Shown: piece by piece, positions 30,886-31,510 of the stretch | How the letters are laid out: every line of letters starts with the position of its first letter | Numbering within the stretch: the first letter of the stretch is position 1 | IMG/VR virus record: IMGVR_UViG_3300017766_000582 | Span: 1 to 31,510 of that record | DNA from: a virus | Taxonomy: Duplodnaviria; Caudoviricetes | DNA length: 31,510 nt | Direction: 5' to 3' (one strand) | Notes under the pieces: generated by a model | The model's input: the letters and a program-made list of their open reading frames with translations, nothing else | The model's database searches: none | Told to the model about the DNA's origin: nothing | Program-made: the position numbers and the translations under genes

Positions 30886-31510
30886 TTATGAGTTATTTAT
30901 ACGATTTTCCAGCTCTTCAATCTTTATTTGTTGTTCCTTGATGGCTTGCACCAATACAGGTATCAAGCGCTTGTAATCTAATGTCAAATAGTTTTCACCA
31001 GACTTTGAATACTGGCGTGGATTTCCTTCATCGCTGAAATCAGATTCCGTATCAAACGGAGCCAATTTCACTAACTGTGGGTATGATGCTTGTACTTCTT
31101 GTGCACTCAAGCCAATCTGTTCATCAACACTTGCAAATCCAAGAGTATTGGCAATGTCATTATCTACGTATCGGAATGGTACCCAATTTTTTACTATGTC
31201 AAGTGCACCGTCCAACGTACCTGTTTTTCTCTTTAATCGTTCATCTGAATAATATTCGTTGACTGCTTGAATGACGTTAAGATTTTTGTTATATGTCAAC
31301 GTCATACCTTCGCCGCGATTATCAGGATAACTCGAACCAGCAAATCCAGTCACAAATGTTGTCTGAATTGAACCGATAGTCATCCCACCACCCGAAGTAA
31401 AGCAAATTTGCCCGCTATTTCCACCATCTTCGCCCGTTGCGCCGCCATCTATGTAGTATCTACCACCATCTACTCGAATATTTACTATTCTGGATGTACT
31501 ATTGGGGTCC
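30886..31510 (-). CDS. Tail fibre/spike C-terminus with peptidase S74 chaperone; 5' end outside the window
   Basis: The frame stays open beyond the track's ATG 31383 to the window edge (DPNSTSRIVNIRVDGG...). It contains YYSDERLK, IGLSAQEVQ..YP.LV and LDYKRLIPVLVQAIKEQQ. Confidence 0.88.
   Translation of the reverse strand, partial: DPNSTSRIVNIRVDGGRYYIDGGATGEDGGNSGQICFTSGGGMTIGSIQTTFVTGFAGSSYPDNRGEGMTLTYNKNLNVIQAVNEYYSDERLKRKTGTLDGALDIVKNWVPFRYVDNDIANTLGFASVDEQIGLSAQEVQASYPQLVKLAPFDTESDFSDEGNPRQYSKSGENYLTLDYKRLIPVLVQAIKEQQIKIEELENRINNS

Overview
This window is a 31.5 kb segment of a large tailed dsDNA phage, most likely a myovirus of an uncultured, T4-distantly-related type. All credible genes are on the minus strand and use the standard genetic code. 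In transcription order (right to left) it holds: the 3' end of a tail-fibre gene with a peptidase S74 chaperone, two small ORFs, and a 1363-aa fibre with about 194 Gly-X-Y collagen triplets and an S74 domain. Next is a five-gene modification cluster (two 2OG-Fe(II) oxygenases, three glycosyltransferases), then four small Ser/Thr/Gly-rich virion-type proteins and a HARP/SNF2 helicase. A tail/baseplate block follows (gp26-like chaperone with a probable +1 frameshift, tape measure, tube-initiator-like, LysM, hub with amidase-like domain). The left end carries a miniature family A polymerase apparently lacking its thumb, gp32-like SSB, RecA/UvsX, a 5'-3' exonuclease, a DnaB-like helicase and a class II ribonucleotide reductase that the ORF track missed. 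Five near-consensus sigma70 promoters alternate strictly with a TATTTATA-type motif, suggesting interleaved early and late units. The most interesting candidates are the collagen fibre with its putative hydroxylation/glycosylation operon, the thumb-less PolA, the promoter alternation, the frameshift and a circularly permuted amidase domain. All family calls come from motif recognition by eye; no searches were run.
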